DNA of 50,165 bases from an uncultured Actinomycetes bacterium (GCA_903897155.1 CAIUAO010000049.1:1-50165); one strand, 5' to 3'. Numbered from the stretch's first letter, positions 1-8,274 are shown. A program made the numbers and translations. Notes: generated from the letters alone by a model not told the origin.

Positions 1-785
1 CCGTTTGCTCCAAGGATTGGTAGGCCTGCATTTGGCATAACAGAAATTTGAGATTGTGAACCCTTACTCAGTGAGCGTAGATGTTCACTCATTTCTGCGG
101 GACCTGTTGCGCAGTTCAAACCAATGAGATCAATATCAAGTGGTTCAAGAGCGTTAAGTGCAGCTCCAATTTCAGATCCTAAAAGCATTGTGCCAGTAGT
201 TTCAACTGTTACTTGTGCGATTAGAACAATATCCCGATCAGAGTCTTGAATTGCTTGCCGCGCTCCGTTTATTGCAGCTTTTGCCTGAAGTAAGTCTTGT
301 GTTGTTTCAACAAGTAGCGCGTCACATCCGCCTTCAACTAACCCTTGAGAGGCAGTTGCATAAGCATCTTTAAGCTTTTGATACGAGGTATGACCGAGGG
401 TGGGAAGTTTCGTTCCAGGACCAAGTGAACCTAGAACCCAACGAGGTTTATCTTCAGTGGAGTATTCATCTGCAACTTCACGCGCTAGCTTTGCACCAGA
501 AAAAGCCAATTCATATATGCGATCTTCAATCCCGTACTCAGCAAGATTGGCAAAGTTTGCTCCAAAAGTATTTGTTTCAATTGCATCTACGCCTACATCT
601 AGATATTGCCTATGGACTGATTTAACAATGTCAGGGCGAGAGACATTTAGGATCTCGTTGCAACCCTCATGATTTTGAAAATCTTCAAGAGTCGGATTTG
701 CGGCCTGAAGCATTGTTCCCATAGCGCCATCTGCGATTACGGTGCGCGCCAAAAGCGCCTCTCGTAAACTTGATTTTTGCTTCAT
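1..785 (-). CDS. metH: Cobalamin-dependent methionine synthase, N-terminal (homocysteine-binding) part; 5' fragment, continues beyond the left edge
   Basis: My own translation of the minus strand from the ATG (complement of 783-785) gives MKQKSSLREALLARTVIADGAMGTMLQAANPTLEDFQNHEGCNEILNVSRPDIVKSVHRQYLDVGVDAIETNTFGAN...LIGLNCATGPAEM. This is the Hcy S-methyltransferase module typical of MetH. It is absent from the ORF track because the ORF runs off the window. Confidence 0.85.
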   Translation of the reverse strand, partial: MKQKSSLREALLARTVIADGAMGTMLQAANPTLEDFQNHEGCNEILNVSRPDIVKSVHRQYLDVGVDAIETNTFGANFANLAEYGIEDRIYELAFSGAKLAREVADEYSTEDKPRWVLGSLGPGTKLPTLGHTSYQKLKDAYATASQGLVEGGCDALLVETTQDLLQAKAAINGARQAIQDSDRDIVLIAQVTVETTGTMLLGSEIGAALNALEPLDIDLIGLNCATGPAEMSEHLRSLSKGSQSQISVMPNAGLPILGAN

Positions 786-823
786 AAGAACGCAAGTTTA
801 GCCTACGCGCTCGTCTCTAATCT

Positions 824-2077
824 CTAGAAAGTAAGCCCTAGAAGGCTATCCATCGCGCGAGATAACTCCCCTGCAGATCCCCCACCCATTCCTTTATGGC
901 AATCAGCTACCCACGTTTTTAAATCAATAAAGAATCGTGCTGTATTGAGATCATCAGCAAGGCAATCAATCAAAGTTGAGATTAACAATTCAGTAGGGGC
1001 AACTTCCATCATTGCCAAACTCGTGCGGATCTCTTGCACTTCACTAGTTGCCTTCTTTAACACCTCTTCACTCCACATGCGATCTTGGCTGTAATGACCC
1101 TGGAGGAGTGCGAATCTAATAACTACAGGATCAACGCCTTGATCAAGAAGTTTTGAAACGAAAACAAGGTTTCCCTTGCTCTTGCTCATCTTTTCACCAT
1201 CTAGGCCGATCATTCCGGTGTGAACAAATGCTTTGGCAAACTTCTGCCCAGTCATGGCTTTCGATTGCGCCGCACTCATAAAGTGATGAGGAAAAATCAA
1301 GTCACTTCCCCCACCTTGAATATCAATCAATGTCTCACTCGCCTTGTTACCTTCTAGAAAATTCTCACCAAGTAGGTAACGAAGGCTAATTACACAACAT
1401 TCGACGTGCCATCCAGGACGACCAAATCCATGTGAGCTCTGCCAGCCTGGTTCACCTTCTTTGTTAGCTATCCATAACACAGGATCTAGTGGGTGCTCTT
1501 TACCCGCGCGCTCTGGGTCTCCCCCACGCTGCGCAAAATTTTCTATTGCTTCACTTTCGGAAATAGGCAATTCTGGCAAAAATTCTTTTGTTTGAAAATA
1601 TAGATCGCCATCAACTTTGTAGGAATAACCATTTTTAACAATGGCAGCGATTGCTCGATCAATAAGTGGCATTACTTGTGTAACAGGAACAAAATAACTT
1701 GGTGGAAATACCCGAAGAGCGGTCATGTCATTACGATAGAGATCGGTCTGGCTCTGACCAAGATCACGCCAGTCAAGTGAATCTCTGTTAGCTCTTTCAT
1801 ATAGCGGTTCATCAACATCGGTTATGTTTTCTACAAAATTAACAATATCGCCAGCAGCTCTCTTATATCTATTAATTAAATCAAAGGTGAGATAAGTAGC
1901 TGCATGACCCAAATGAGTAGCGTCGTAAGGTGTAATCCCGCATACATACATATTGAGCGGGGCTCCTGAGCTAAATGAATGAGAACCTTGTGGACCCTTG
2001 AAAGTTAAGGGAGGAAAATTTCTGCGCTCGATGAAGGGAGCAAAGGGAGTTGGCCAAGGGTTTTCAAGAATTTCCAT
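824..2077 (-). CDS. mshC: L-cysteine:1D-myo-inositol 2-amino-2-deoxy-alpha-D-glucopyranoside ligase (mycothiol ligase)
   Basis: 417 aa class I CysRS-like protein. It has the HIGH-type motif (DATHLGHAATY), a KMSKS motif (GEKMSKSKGN) and an MshC-like N-terminus (MYVCGITPYD), and lacks the CysRS anticodon domain length. Confidence 0.93.
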   Translation of the reverse strand: MEILENPWPTPFAPFIERRNFPPLTFKGPQGSHSFSSGAPLNMYVCGITPYDATHLGHAATYLTFDLINRYKRAAGDIVNFVENITDVDEPLYERANRDSLDWRDLGQSQTDLYRNDMTALRVFPPSYFVPVTQVMPLIDRAIAAIVKNGYSYKVDGDLYFQTKEFLPELPISESEAIENFAQRGGDPERAGKEHPLDPVLWIANKEGEPGWQSSHGFGRPGWHVECCVISLRYLLGENFLEGNKASETLIDIQGGGSDLIFPHHFMSAAQSKAMTGQKFAKAFVHTGMIGLDGEKMSKSKGNLVFVSKLLDQGVDPVVIRFALLQGHYSQDRMWSEEVLKKATSEVQEIRTSLAMMEVAPTELLISTLIDCLADDLNTARFFIDLKTWVADCHKGMGGGSAGELSRAMDSLLGLTF

Positions 2078-2103
2078 AGGTAATAAGAGTATCTAATACT
2101 GAC

Positions 2104-2823
2104 TTAAAATGGAGGCCAAGGAATTGAAGGCCATTCATCTGATGGATATGGGAACGTTCCTGAATCAATCATTTGGGATGCTCTCTCCTTAAGGGCCGTA
2201 ATTTCATCAACGGTTATGAGTTCACCCAGAATTGTTTCTGCCATCACCAAGCTTTCGTTTAAAACCGCAATCTCATCAACGCTCAATTCTTCTCCAGCCC
2301 ACTGCCATAAAACTGTACGCAATTTTGGATCAGCATGAAATGTCACTCCATGGTCACATCCATATATTGACCCTGCTGCGTCCACAAGTATGTGTCCATA
2401 TTTTCTATCAGTGTTATTTATGATCGCATCAAGCAAGACCATCTTTCGCAATTGCGGAGTCTGTGCAGATGCAAAAGCGACAACATCGAACTCCTCATCC
2501 ATCTCAATCCATTCTTGGACAGAGCCCGGACCAAAAGGGCCATCTCTTAAAATAGTGAAGGGGACAATATGCAATCCAAGAGCCTCAGAAATCACGTAAG
2601 CGGCACGTTCTCTTTGCGCAAGATTTCCGTCAGGAAAGTCCCATAAAGGCCGCTCTCCTGCAATTGGTTTGTATATAACTTTCACTTCATCATTACCTAG
2701 TTTTGCTATAGCAAATAATGTTGCATTAGATGCATCAACAAAGCGCCCCTCTACAACTAACTCGCCTTCAGTGATAACAAGATGTTTATCCACTACCTTC
2801 GGTACCCATTTGCTCGTGGACAT
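2104..2823 (-). CDS. SCO1664-family protein (PI3/PI4-kinase-like fold), function unknown
   Basis: 239 aa. It has a catalytic-loop-like NNTDRKYGH and a DFG-like CDHG. The ATG at 2823 is preceded by AGAAGGG plus 5 nt. It overlaps the upstream DUF3090 ORF by 31 nt. An alternative GTG at 2793 would form a TAGTG overlap instead. Confidence 0.72.
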   Translation of the reverse strand: MSTSKWVPKVVDKHLVITEGELVVEGRFVDASNATLFAIAKLGNDEVKVIYKPIAGERPLWDFPDGNLAQRERAAYVISEALGLHIVPFTILRDGPFGPGSVQEWIEMDEEFDVVAFASAQTPQLRKMVLLDAIINNTDRKYGHILVDAAGSIYGCDHGVTFHADPKLRTVLWQWAGEELSVDEIAVLNESLVMAETILGELITVDEITALKERASQMIDSGTFPYPSDEWPSIPWPPF

Positions 2824-3356
2824 AGATGCCCTTCTGGATCAATGGGTAGCCCGCAAAATGGGCAAGGTTGCCGTCCTGCAGCAACGACAGAATCAGAGCG
2901 ATCACAAAACGCCCTAGCCTGATTAATGCGAAGATTAAATGTAAGCAGATCAGGAGCATCCTCTAGAAGTTCTGCTTCATCTTCAGCAAGCAGCTCTGTA
3001 ACTGTCTCATCGCCAACAGATTGAGCTTCAATCGTTATCCGCTGAGTGCTTTGATCCCAACTAATTCCGATGACGCCAACCCTAAAATCTTCTGTTATCG
3101 GGTAATCAAGGGGTGCATCATCTCGAACGCTTGCTAGATCAAGTTCATCGTAAGAGGCGAGTTGGTTTCTACGTAGCTCTCGAATCATTAAACCGAGGCG
3201 CTCGGTTAAGGCCATAACTTGTGTTTTTTCTAATGAAACACAGTTCGACCCAGTTGAAGATGACACTTGAAGAAAGAATTGCCTCTCTCCCGGAACGCCT
3301 ACTGTTCCAACAACGCATCGCATAATGGACTCATGGTGATAGACAACTCGACTCAT
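2793..3356 (-). CDS. DUF3090-family protein with C-terminal CxxC...HxC ribbon-like motif, function unknown
   Basis: 187 aa ending in CPFCGLPIDPEGHLCPRANGYRR, the characteristic C-terminus of the actinobacterial DUF3090 family. Its start shares ATGA (3353-3356) with the stop of the upstream gene. Confidence 0.72.
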   Translation of the reverse strand: MSRVVYHHESIMRCVVGTVGVPGERQFFLQVSSSTGSNCVSLEKTQVMALTERLGLMIRELRRNQLASYDELDLASVRDDAPLDYPITEDFRVGVIGISWDQSTQRITIEAQSVGDETVTELLAEDEAELLEDAPDLLTFNLRINQARAFCDRSDSVVAAGRQPCPFCGLPIDPEGHLCPRANGYRR

Positions 3357-4036
3357 TTACGGCCCGAGCCTCCACCGAGTCCATATCGGTCGCGTACTTT
3401 CTTTTTGCTATCTTGCCTATAACCAGCCAAATGTGTTGTTGAATTCATCGAAATTACCTGTGACGGTGGAAATTTAATAGTTGTCAGCGAAGCAGGGTCA
3501 ATAGAAATTCTTTGAAATGAATCAAGAGGTAAACCAAGATGATGGGCAACAATCGACTTAATCACATCGCCATGAGAAACAATCAAAATTCTTTTTTTAC
3601 CCTGCGCCATATCCATAACACCATGGTTGGCTCTCATAGACATCTCTAGGAAGCTCTCTCCTGAAGGAAAGCGCACGGTACTAGGCCTCGATTGAATAAC
3701 GCTCCACATCTTTTGTTTAGAAAGCCTGGCAAGTGATTTGCCGCTCCATTCCCCATATTCCATTTCAAGGAGAGCCTCGCTTTTTACAGCCTTGCCTCCT
3801 GAGGCTTTGAGATAAGGGTCGAGTGTTTCTAAGCATCTCTTTAAAGGTGAGGTAAAGATTGCATCAAAAGAATATGAGGCGAGTGCATGTGCTACTTCTT
3901 GAGCTTCAACGCGCCCACGCTCTGACAATGAGACCGTGTTGTCTCGTCCTGCCAAAATACCTTTGAGGTTGGCAGATGAATGAGCATGGCGAAGAAGAAT
4001 AATCTCGCAACTTTGCCCAATCTGTCCCAGTGCCAT
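3353..4036 (-). CDS. Histidine-phosphatase superfamily protein (MSMEG_4193-type putative phosphomutase/phosphatase)
   Basis: It has an N-terminal IILLRHAHSSANLKGILAGR motif (RHG-type catalytic motif) and a later SHGDVIK. The ORF track extends to a GTG at 4069. I prefer the ATG at 4036 because it has a TAACCT -10-like hexamer 7 nt upstream, places the RH motif about 13 aa from the N-terminus, and leaves room for the divergent promoter. Confidence 0.78.
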   Translation of the reverse strand: MALGQIGQSCEIILLRHAHSSANLKGILAGRDNTVSLSERGRVEAQEVAHALASYSFDAIFTSPLKRCLETLDPYLKASGGKAVKSEALLEMEYGEWSGKSLARLSKQKMWSVIQSRPSTVRFPSGESFLEMSMRANHGVMDMAQGKKRILIVSHGDVIKSIVAHHLGLPLDSFQRISIDPASLTTIKFPPSQVISMNSTTHLAGYRQDSKKKVRDRYGLGGGSGRK

Positions 4037-4043
4037 AGGTAGA

Positions 4044-4049
4044 AGGTTA
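4044..4049 (-). promoter_or_regulatory. -10-like hexamer TAACCT, 7 nt upstream of the ATG at 4036 (predicted leaderless start)
   Basis: The minus strand reads TAACCT-tctacct-ATG with no SD-like run. The pattern recurs at eight other SD-less starts in this window. Confidence 0.4.
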
Positions 4050-4073
4050 CCGAGTATTAGCCACTCCACTTGC

Positions 4074-4079
4074 TAGGGT
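4074..4079 (+). promoter_or_regulatory. -10-like hexamer TAGGGT, 6 nt upstream of the ATG at 4086 (predicted leaderless start)
   Basis: The plus strand reads TAGGGT-cacacc-ATG with no SD. Confidence 0.45.
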
Positions 4080-4085
4080 CACACC

Positions 4086-5039
4086 ATGGAGAAGCGAACC
4101 CTTGGGAGTACTGGTTTACAAGTTTCTCGCATAGGCCTTGGGACTATGACATGGGGACGAGATACAGATGAGCATGAAGCAGCAGATCAACTTCGCTCAT
4201 ACCTTGATGCTGGTGGGTCCTTTGTTGATACAGCAGCTATCTACTGTGATGGTGATAGTGAGCGAGTAATTGGTGGATTCATTGGCACCTTAGTACCACG
4301 TAATGAAGTGACAATTGCAACCAAAGCAGGGATCTCCTTCCACGAGGGCGTTCGTACGGTCAATAATTCACGCGCAAGCTTGCTTACTGATTTAGATGCG
4401 TCACTGGCAAGACTTAATATCGAATACGTTGATCTTTGGCAGATTCACTCATGGGATCAAAGCGTTCCATTAGAAGAGACACTTTCGGCTTTAGACTTTG
4501 CAGTCTCTAGCGGCCGCGCTCGCTATGTAGGTATTTCAAATTTTGCAGCATGGCAATTAGTAAGAGCGGCAACACTGCAAAACCCCACATTTGGAAAAAT
4601 AGCAATCTCTAGTATTCAAAATGAGTATTCATTACTCAATAGAAGCATTGAAGCAGAAGTGGTCCCCGCCTCCCAAGCAGTTGGGGTAGGAATCCTCGCG
4701 TGGTCACCACTTGGACGAGGCGTGCTTTCGGGAAAATACCGAACGGGATTGCCTTCTGATTCACGTGGCGCAAGTCCTCACTATTCTGGTTTTGTAGCGC
4801 CGTACTTAGATGCAAGAAGCAAATCAATTGTTGATGCAACATGCGTAGCGGCAGAAGGACTTGGGTACTCACCCATTGAAGTTTCTTTAGCTTGGGTGCG
4901 TGATAACCCACATATCGCAAGTGCAATTGTTGGAGCCAGAACAGGAGCCCAATTAAGAGGCATTCTTACCGTTGAAGAGATTGTTTTGCCTGACCAAGTT
5001 AGACAAGCACTATCAGAGGTTTCCGAACCTTCTCGTTAG
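4086..5039 (+). CDS. Aldo/keto reductase family oxidoreductase
   Basis: 317 aa with typical AKR features: LGTMTWG, DTAAIY, a YVDLWQIHSWD block and GISNF. Confidence 0.85.
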   Translation: MEKRTLGSTGLQVSRIGLGTMTWGRDTDEHEAADQLRSYLDAGGSFVDTAAIYCDGDSERVIGGFIGTLVPRNEVTIATKAGISFHEGVRTVNNSRASLLTDLDASLARLNIEYVDLWQIHSWDQSVPLEETLSALDFAVSSGRARYVGISNFAAWQLVRAATLQNPTFGKIAISSIQNEYSLLNRSIEAEVVPASQAVGVGILAWSPLGRGVLSGKYRTGLPSDSRGASPHYSGFVAPYLDARSKSIVDATCVAAEGLGYSPIEVSLAWVRDNPHIASAIVGARTGAQLRGILTVEEIVLPDQVRQALSEVSEPSR

Positions 5040-6349
5040 CAGCTCTCTAAAAATCTTGCTAAAACTCGAACGCCAAAGCGTAAACCTTCTACAGGAACAC
5101 GTTCATCAACTCCATGAAAAAGTGCAAAGAAATCTAAATCAGCAGGCAGCTGCAGTGGGCAGAACCCATAACCAATAATTCCCAAATCAGAAAGCGCCTT
5201 GTTATCAGTTCCACCGCTCATCAAATACGGAACGGGAACACCCTCATGATCTTCTGCAATAAGGGCACTGGTCATTGCTGCTACAAGTGGTCCTGCAAAA
5301 TCAGCTTCTAGCGCCTTATCTCGAACAAGTAACTCAATTTTTGCATCTGTTCCAACAAGCTCTTTCATTGTAGATTCAAGTTCGGATTCAAAACCAGGCA
5401 AAAAACGTCCATCAACAACAGCTGTTGCCGTTTGAGGAATGACATTTGCTTTATAACCAGCATTGAGCATCGTCGGATTAGCGGTATTTGTTACCGTTGC
5501 TCCAATCATTTTTGCTGCTCCCCCAAGGTGCTTGAGTAGTGATGAGGCATCATTGGGGTCATATTTTTCACCAACAAGCTCAGCAACCTTAGTAAAAAAC
5601 TTTTTATTAGTGGCGGTCTCGCGCACTGGCCAAACATGGCTTCCAATACGGGCAATTATTCGAGAGAGTTTTGTTACTGCGTTATTTGAATTAGCAAATG
5701 ATCCATGTCCCGCAGTTCCTTCAGCGGTGAGCTGCATCCATTGAATACCCTTTTCAGCAGTCTCAACGAGATATAGGCGGTGACCGCCTGTAATAGTGAC
5801 TGAAAATCCACCAACCTCTGAGATCGCTTCGCTGTAACCCTCAAAGACTTCAGGGTGTTCTTTGACCATCCAGCGTGAACCATATGAAGACCCTGCTTCT
5901 TCATCTGCAAAAAAGACAAGCAAAATGTTACGAGGTGGAACATAGCCCGTGCGGGCCCATGAGCGGATGATCGCAAGATACATTGCGTCGCCGTCTTTCA
6001 TGTCTACTGCCCCGCGGCCCCAGATATATCCATCTTTGAGTAATCCGGAGAAAGGATCAACAGACCAATCCTTCGCATCAGCAGGGACAACATCAAGATG
6101 TCCATGTACTACTAACCCTTTGCGCTTTTGGTCAACGCCAGGAATTTTCGCAACAACGTTTACTCTATTTTCTGCACTTTCATAAAAAGTTGAAGTGATC
6201 CCTACTTCAGAAAGCTTCTCTGCAACAAATGTTGCCATCGCAGCTTCATTGCCCTTGCCTTCGCCATAATTCACACTTGGAATACGAATCATCTCTTGAA
6301 GCAGAGCAATACAGTCTTCTTCAACTGTGAGCAGTTCTTTCGCATCCAT
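5036..6349 (-). CDS. M20/M25/M40 family metallopeptidase (dipeptidase/deacylase-like)
   Basis: It carries M20 motifs (HGHLDVVP, GRGAVDMKDG, DEEAGS). The track ORF (to 6463) runs through the tRNA-Leu gene. The in-frame ATG at 6349 (MDAKELLTVEEDCIALLQEMIRIPSVN) is preceded by GGGAGA plus 8 nt, so I use it as the start. Confidence 0.85.
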   Translation of the reverse strand: MDAKELLTVEEDCIALLQEMIRIPSVNYGEGKGNEAAMATFVAEKLSEVGITSTFYESAENRVNVVAKIPGVDQKRKGLVVHGHLDVVPADAKDWSVDPFSGLLKDGYIWGRGAVDMKDGDAMYLAIIRSWARTGYVPPRNILLVFFADEEAGSSYGSRWMVKEHPEVFEGYSEAISEVGGFSVTITGGHRLYLVETAEKGIQWMQLTAEGTAGHGSFANSNNAVTKLSRIIARIGSHVWPVRETATNKKFFTKVAELVGEKYDPNDASSLLKHLGGAAKMIGATVTNTANPTMLNAGYKANVIPQTATAVVDGRFLPGFESELESTMKELVGTDAKIELLVRDKALEADFAGPLVAAMTSALIAEDHEGVPVPYLMSGGTDNKALSDLGIIGYGFCPLQLPADLDFFALFHGVDERVPVEGLRFGVRVLARFLESC

Positions 6350-6410
6350 GGCTCTATTCTCCCTTATTTCTGCTTCGGAGCGAACCTTTGCTATTGTTGC
6401 CTCTTCACTG

Positions 6411-6497
6411 GTCCGGGTGGCGGAATTGGCAGACGCGCTAGCTTGAGGTGTTAGTTCTCGCAAGGGATTAGGGGTTCAAGTCCCCTCTCGGACACCA
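6411..6497 (+). tRNA. tRNA-Leu (anticodon GAG), type II with long variable arm, CCA encoded
   Basis: Cloverleaf read by eye. The acceptor stem is GTCCGGG/CTCGGAC (one G-U pair). The anticodon stem is CTAGC/GTTAG with loop TTGAGGT. There is a long variable arm, a T-arm AGGGG-TTCAAGT-CCCCT, and a discriminator A followed by CCA. Confidence 0.93.
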
Positions 6498-6525
6498 CAG
6501 ATGCCCAGTTTCTGGGTAGATGCGC

Positions 6526-6531
6526 TAACTT
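6526..6531 (+). promoter_or_regulatory. -10-like hexamer TAACTT, 7 nt upstream of the GTG at 6539 (predicted leaderless tdk)
   Basis: The plus strand reads TAACTT-cctacct-GTG with no SD. The sequence is nearly identical to the 4036 start region. Confidence 0.4.
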
Positions 6532-6538
6532 CCTACCT

Positions 6539-7195
6539 GTGGCTGAGCTAACTTTTTACTGCGGAACGATGAACAGCGGTAAGTCGACCCTTGCCTTACA
6601 AACTGCTCATAATCATAAAAGTCGTGGACGCAGCGGAATAATTTTCACTAATAGCGATCGTGGCGGTCCAGGTGTGGTCAGTAGTCGTCTGGGGTTGCGC
6701 TCTGAAGCTATCGAAGTGCACCCACTCATGGATCTGCATCGCTTTGTGGCTGAACAACTCTCAAACGGCGCTCGTATTGATTTTATTATCTGCGATGAAG
6801 CTCAGTTTTTTGAGGCTAAGCAAATCGAAGAACTTACTCAGATCGTGGATGGCTTAGGAATAGATGTCTACGCCTTTGGAATTTTGACTGATTTCAGAAC
6901 ACATCTCTTTCCAGGCTCAACTAGACTCGTTGAACTTGCAGATCGAGTTCTCCCATTACAGGTTGAAGCTCTTTGCTGGTGCGGTGAAAGAGGTACGCAT
7001 AATGCACGCATTAGAAATGGAACAATGACCACCGAAGGTGATCAAATAGCCCTTGGAGATGTTGCCGATTCTTTAGATGAAAATGGAGAAATTTCTTATG
7101 AAGTTCTCTGTCGCAGACATCACGTCCGCAAGGTGATCTCACGAAATTCAAATGCAGCACTCCCCCAATCTTTACCATTCACAACAAATAGCTAA
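6539..7195 (+). CDS. tdk: Thymidine kinase
   Basis: 218 aa. It has a P-loop at the extreme N-terminus (FYCGTMNSGKST), a DEAQFF block and C-terminal zinc-site cysteines (CWCG...CRRH). Confidence 0.94.
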   Translation: MAELTFYCGTMNSGKSTLALQTAHNHKSRGRSGIIFTNSDRGGPGVVSSRLGLRSEAIEVHPLMDLHRFVAEQLSNGARIDFIICDEAQFFEAKQIEELTQIVDGLGIDVYAFGILTDFRTHLFPGSTRLVELADRVLPLQVEALCWCGERGTHNARIRNGTMTTEGDQIALGDVADSLDENGEISYEVLCRRHHVRKVISRNSNAALPQSLPFTTNS

Positions 7196-7221
7196 TCAAC
7201 TAATCAACATAAGGAGAGACC

Positions 7222-8262
7222 GTGGAAACAAAAGGATACGCAGCACTTGCAGCAAAGAAACCTTTGGAGGCATATTCATTTAAGCGCAGAGACCTTCGTG
7301 ATACAGATGTAGCACTTGATATCTCCTTTGCTGGAATATGTCACTCAGATATCCACCAAGCCCGCGAGGAGTGGGGAGCTGCAATTTTCCCTATGGTTCC
7401 AGGACATGAAATCGCTGGAATAGTTACGGAGATCGGACCAAAAGTTACCAAATTTAAAGTTGGAGATCGCATAGGTGTCGGCGTTTTCATTGACTCATGC
7501 AGAACCTGCGAAAACTGTAAAAATGGAAATCAACAGTATTGTCTACAAGGCATGACAGGCACATATAACGAGTATGAGCGTGATGGAAAGACTGTTGCCC
7601 TCGGTGGGTATTCAGATAAATTTGTTATCGATCAAGATTACGCAGTCCATATCCCAGCAAATCTTGACCTAGCAGGAGTTGCTCCGCTTCTATGTGCTGG
7701 CATCACTCTTTATTCACCACTTAAAAACTGGGGCGCAGGTCCTGGTAAAAAAGTGGGAGTTATGGGCCTTGGTGGCCTTGGACATATGGGAGTGAAATTC
7801 GCTGCGGCACTTGGCGCAGAAGTAACAGTCTTCTCGCATTCATCAGGCAAGGAAGCAGATGCAAAGCGCATGGGCGCAAAGCATTTTGTTGTGACCTCAA
7901 CGCCAGGATCACTTGAGCCACTTGCAGAATCTTTTGATCTCATTCTTAATACTGTCTCTGCAGAGCTAGATATCAACGACTATCTCAAATTGCTCAAAAC
8001 TGATGGAACTCTGGTCGTGATTGGTTTGCCTGGTAAGCCATATGCAGTGGAAGCTGGTTCACTACTTCGTCTTCGCCGTTCACTTGCAGGCTCAATGATC
8101 GGTGGCATTCCTCAAATGCAAGAAATGCTTGACTTCTGCGGCAAACACAATATTTTAAGTGATGTTGAAGTCATTAAGGCTGATTACATTAACAAGGCAT
8201 ATGACCGCACTGTGGCAAGTGATGTGAAGTATCGCTTTGTTATTGATGCAAGCAGCTTCTAG
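7222..8262 (+). CDS. Zn-dependent NAD(P)-alcohol dehydrogenase (cinnamyl-alcohol dehydrogenase/YahK-like MDR family)
   Basis: 346 aa with GICHSD, GHEIAG, a structural-Zn cysteine cluster (CRTCENCKNGNQQYC) and a GLGGLGH nucleotide fold. It has a GTG start preceded by AAGGAG. Confidence 0.9.
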   Translation: METKGYAALAAKKPLEAYSFKRRDLRDTDVALDISFAGICHSDIHQAREEWGAAIFPMVPGHEIAGIVTEIGPKVTKFKVGDRIGVGVFIDSCRTCENCKNGNQQYCLQGMTGTYNEYERDGKTVALGGYSDKFVIDQDYAVHIPANLDLAGVAPLLCAGITLYSPLKNWGAGPGKKVGVMGLGGLGHMGVKFAAALGAEVTVFSHSSGKEADAKRMGAKHFVVTSTPGSLEPLAESFDLILNTVSAELDINDYLKLLKTDGTLVVIGLPGKPYAVEAGSLLRLRRSLAGSMIGGIPQMQEMLDFCGKHNILSDVEVIKADYINKAYDRTVASDVKYRFVIDASSF

Positions 8263-8274
8263 TAGCCCTCTTAA

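Noticed and set aside
786-823. Looked for a cobalamin riboswitch upstream of metH, a SAM riboswitch upstream of metK (19504-19507), and T-box or leader elements upstream of alaS, aspS and hisS
   Set aside because: The upstream spacers are 38 nt, 4 nt, 4 nt, 0 nt and overlapping, respectively. These are far too short to hold such elements, so the genes appear to be operon-internal.
2078-2103. Leaderless-type promoters for mshC (TACTCT with an 8 nt spacer) and for metH (TAAACT with a 9 nt spacer, 786-823)
   Set aside because: The spacing is outside the 6-7 nt register seen at the nine stronger cases. Both genes may simply be co-transcribed with the upstream trio. I left them unannotated.
5036-6463. 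The ORF-track version of the M20 peptidase, with a 38 aa N-terminal extension (MRELTPQASASANSATRTSEEATIAKVRSEAEIRENRA)
   Set aside because: The extension is the reverse-complement reading of the tRNA-Leu gene (6411-6497) and its upstream spacer. An in-frame ATG at 6349 with a GGGAGA SD gives a normal M20 N-terminus.
6504-6516. A hairpin CCCAG-TTT-CTGGG just downstream of tRNA-Leu, considered as a possible terminator
   Set aside because: It has only a 5 bp stem and a 3 nt loop with no U-tract, which is too weak to call. It could equally be chance or part of tRNA 3' processing.
7193-7208. A tandem duplication TAATCAAC-TAATCAAC spanning the tdk stop codon, upstream of the alcohol dehydrogenase SD
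   Set aside because: Two copies of an 8-mer are too short to distinguish from chance or a small slippage duplication. No supporting palindrome or promoter geometry is evident.
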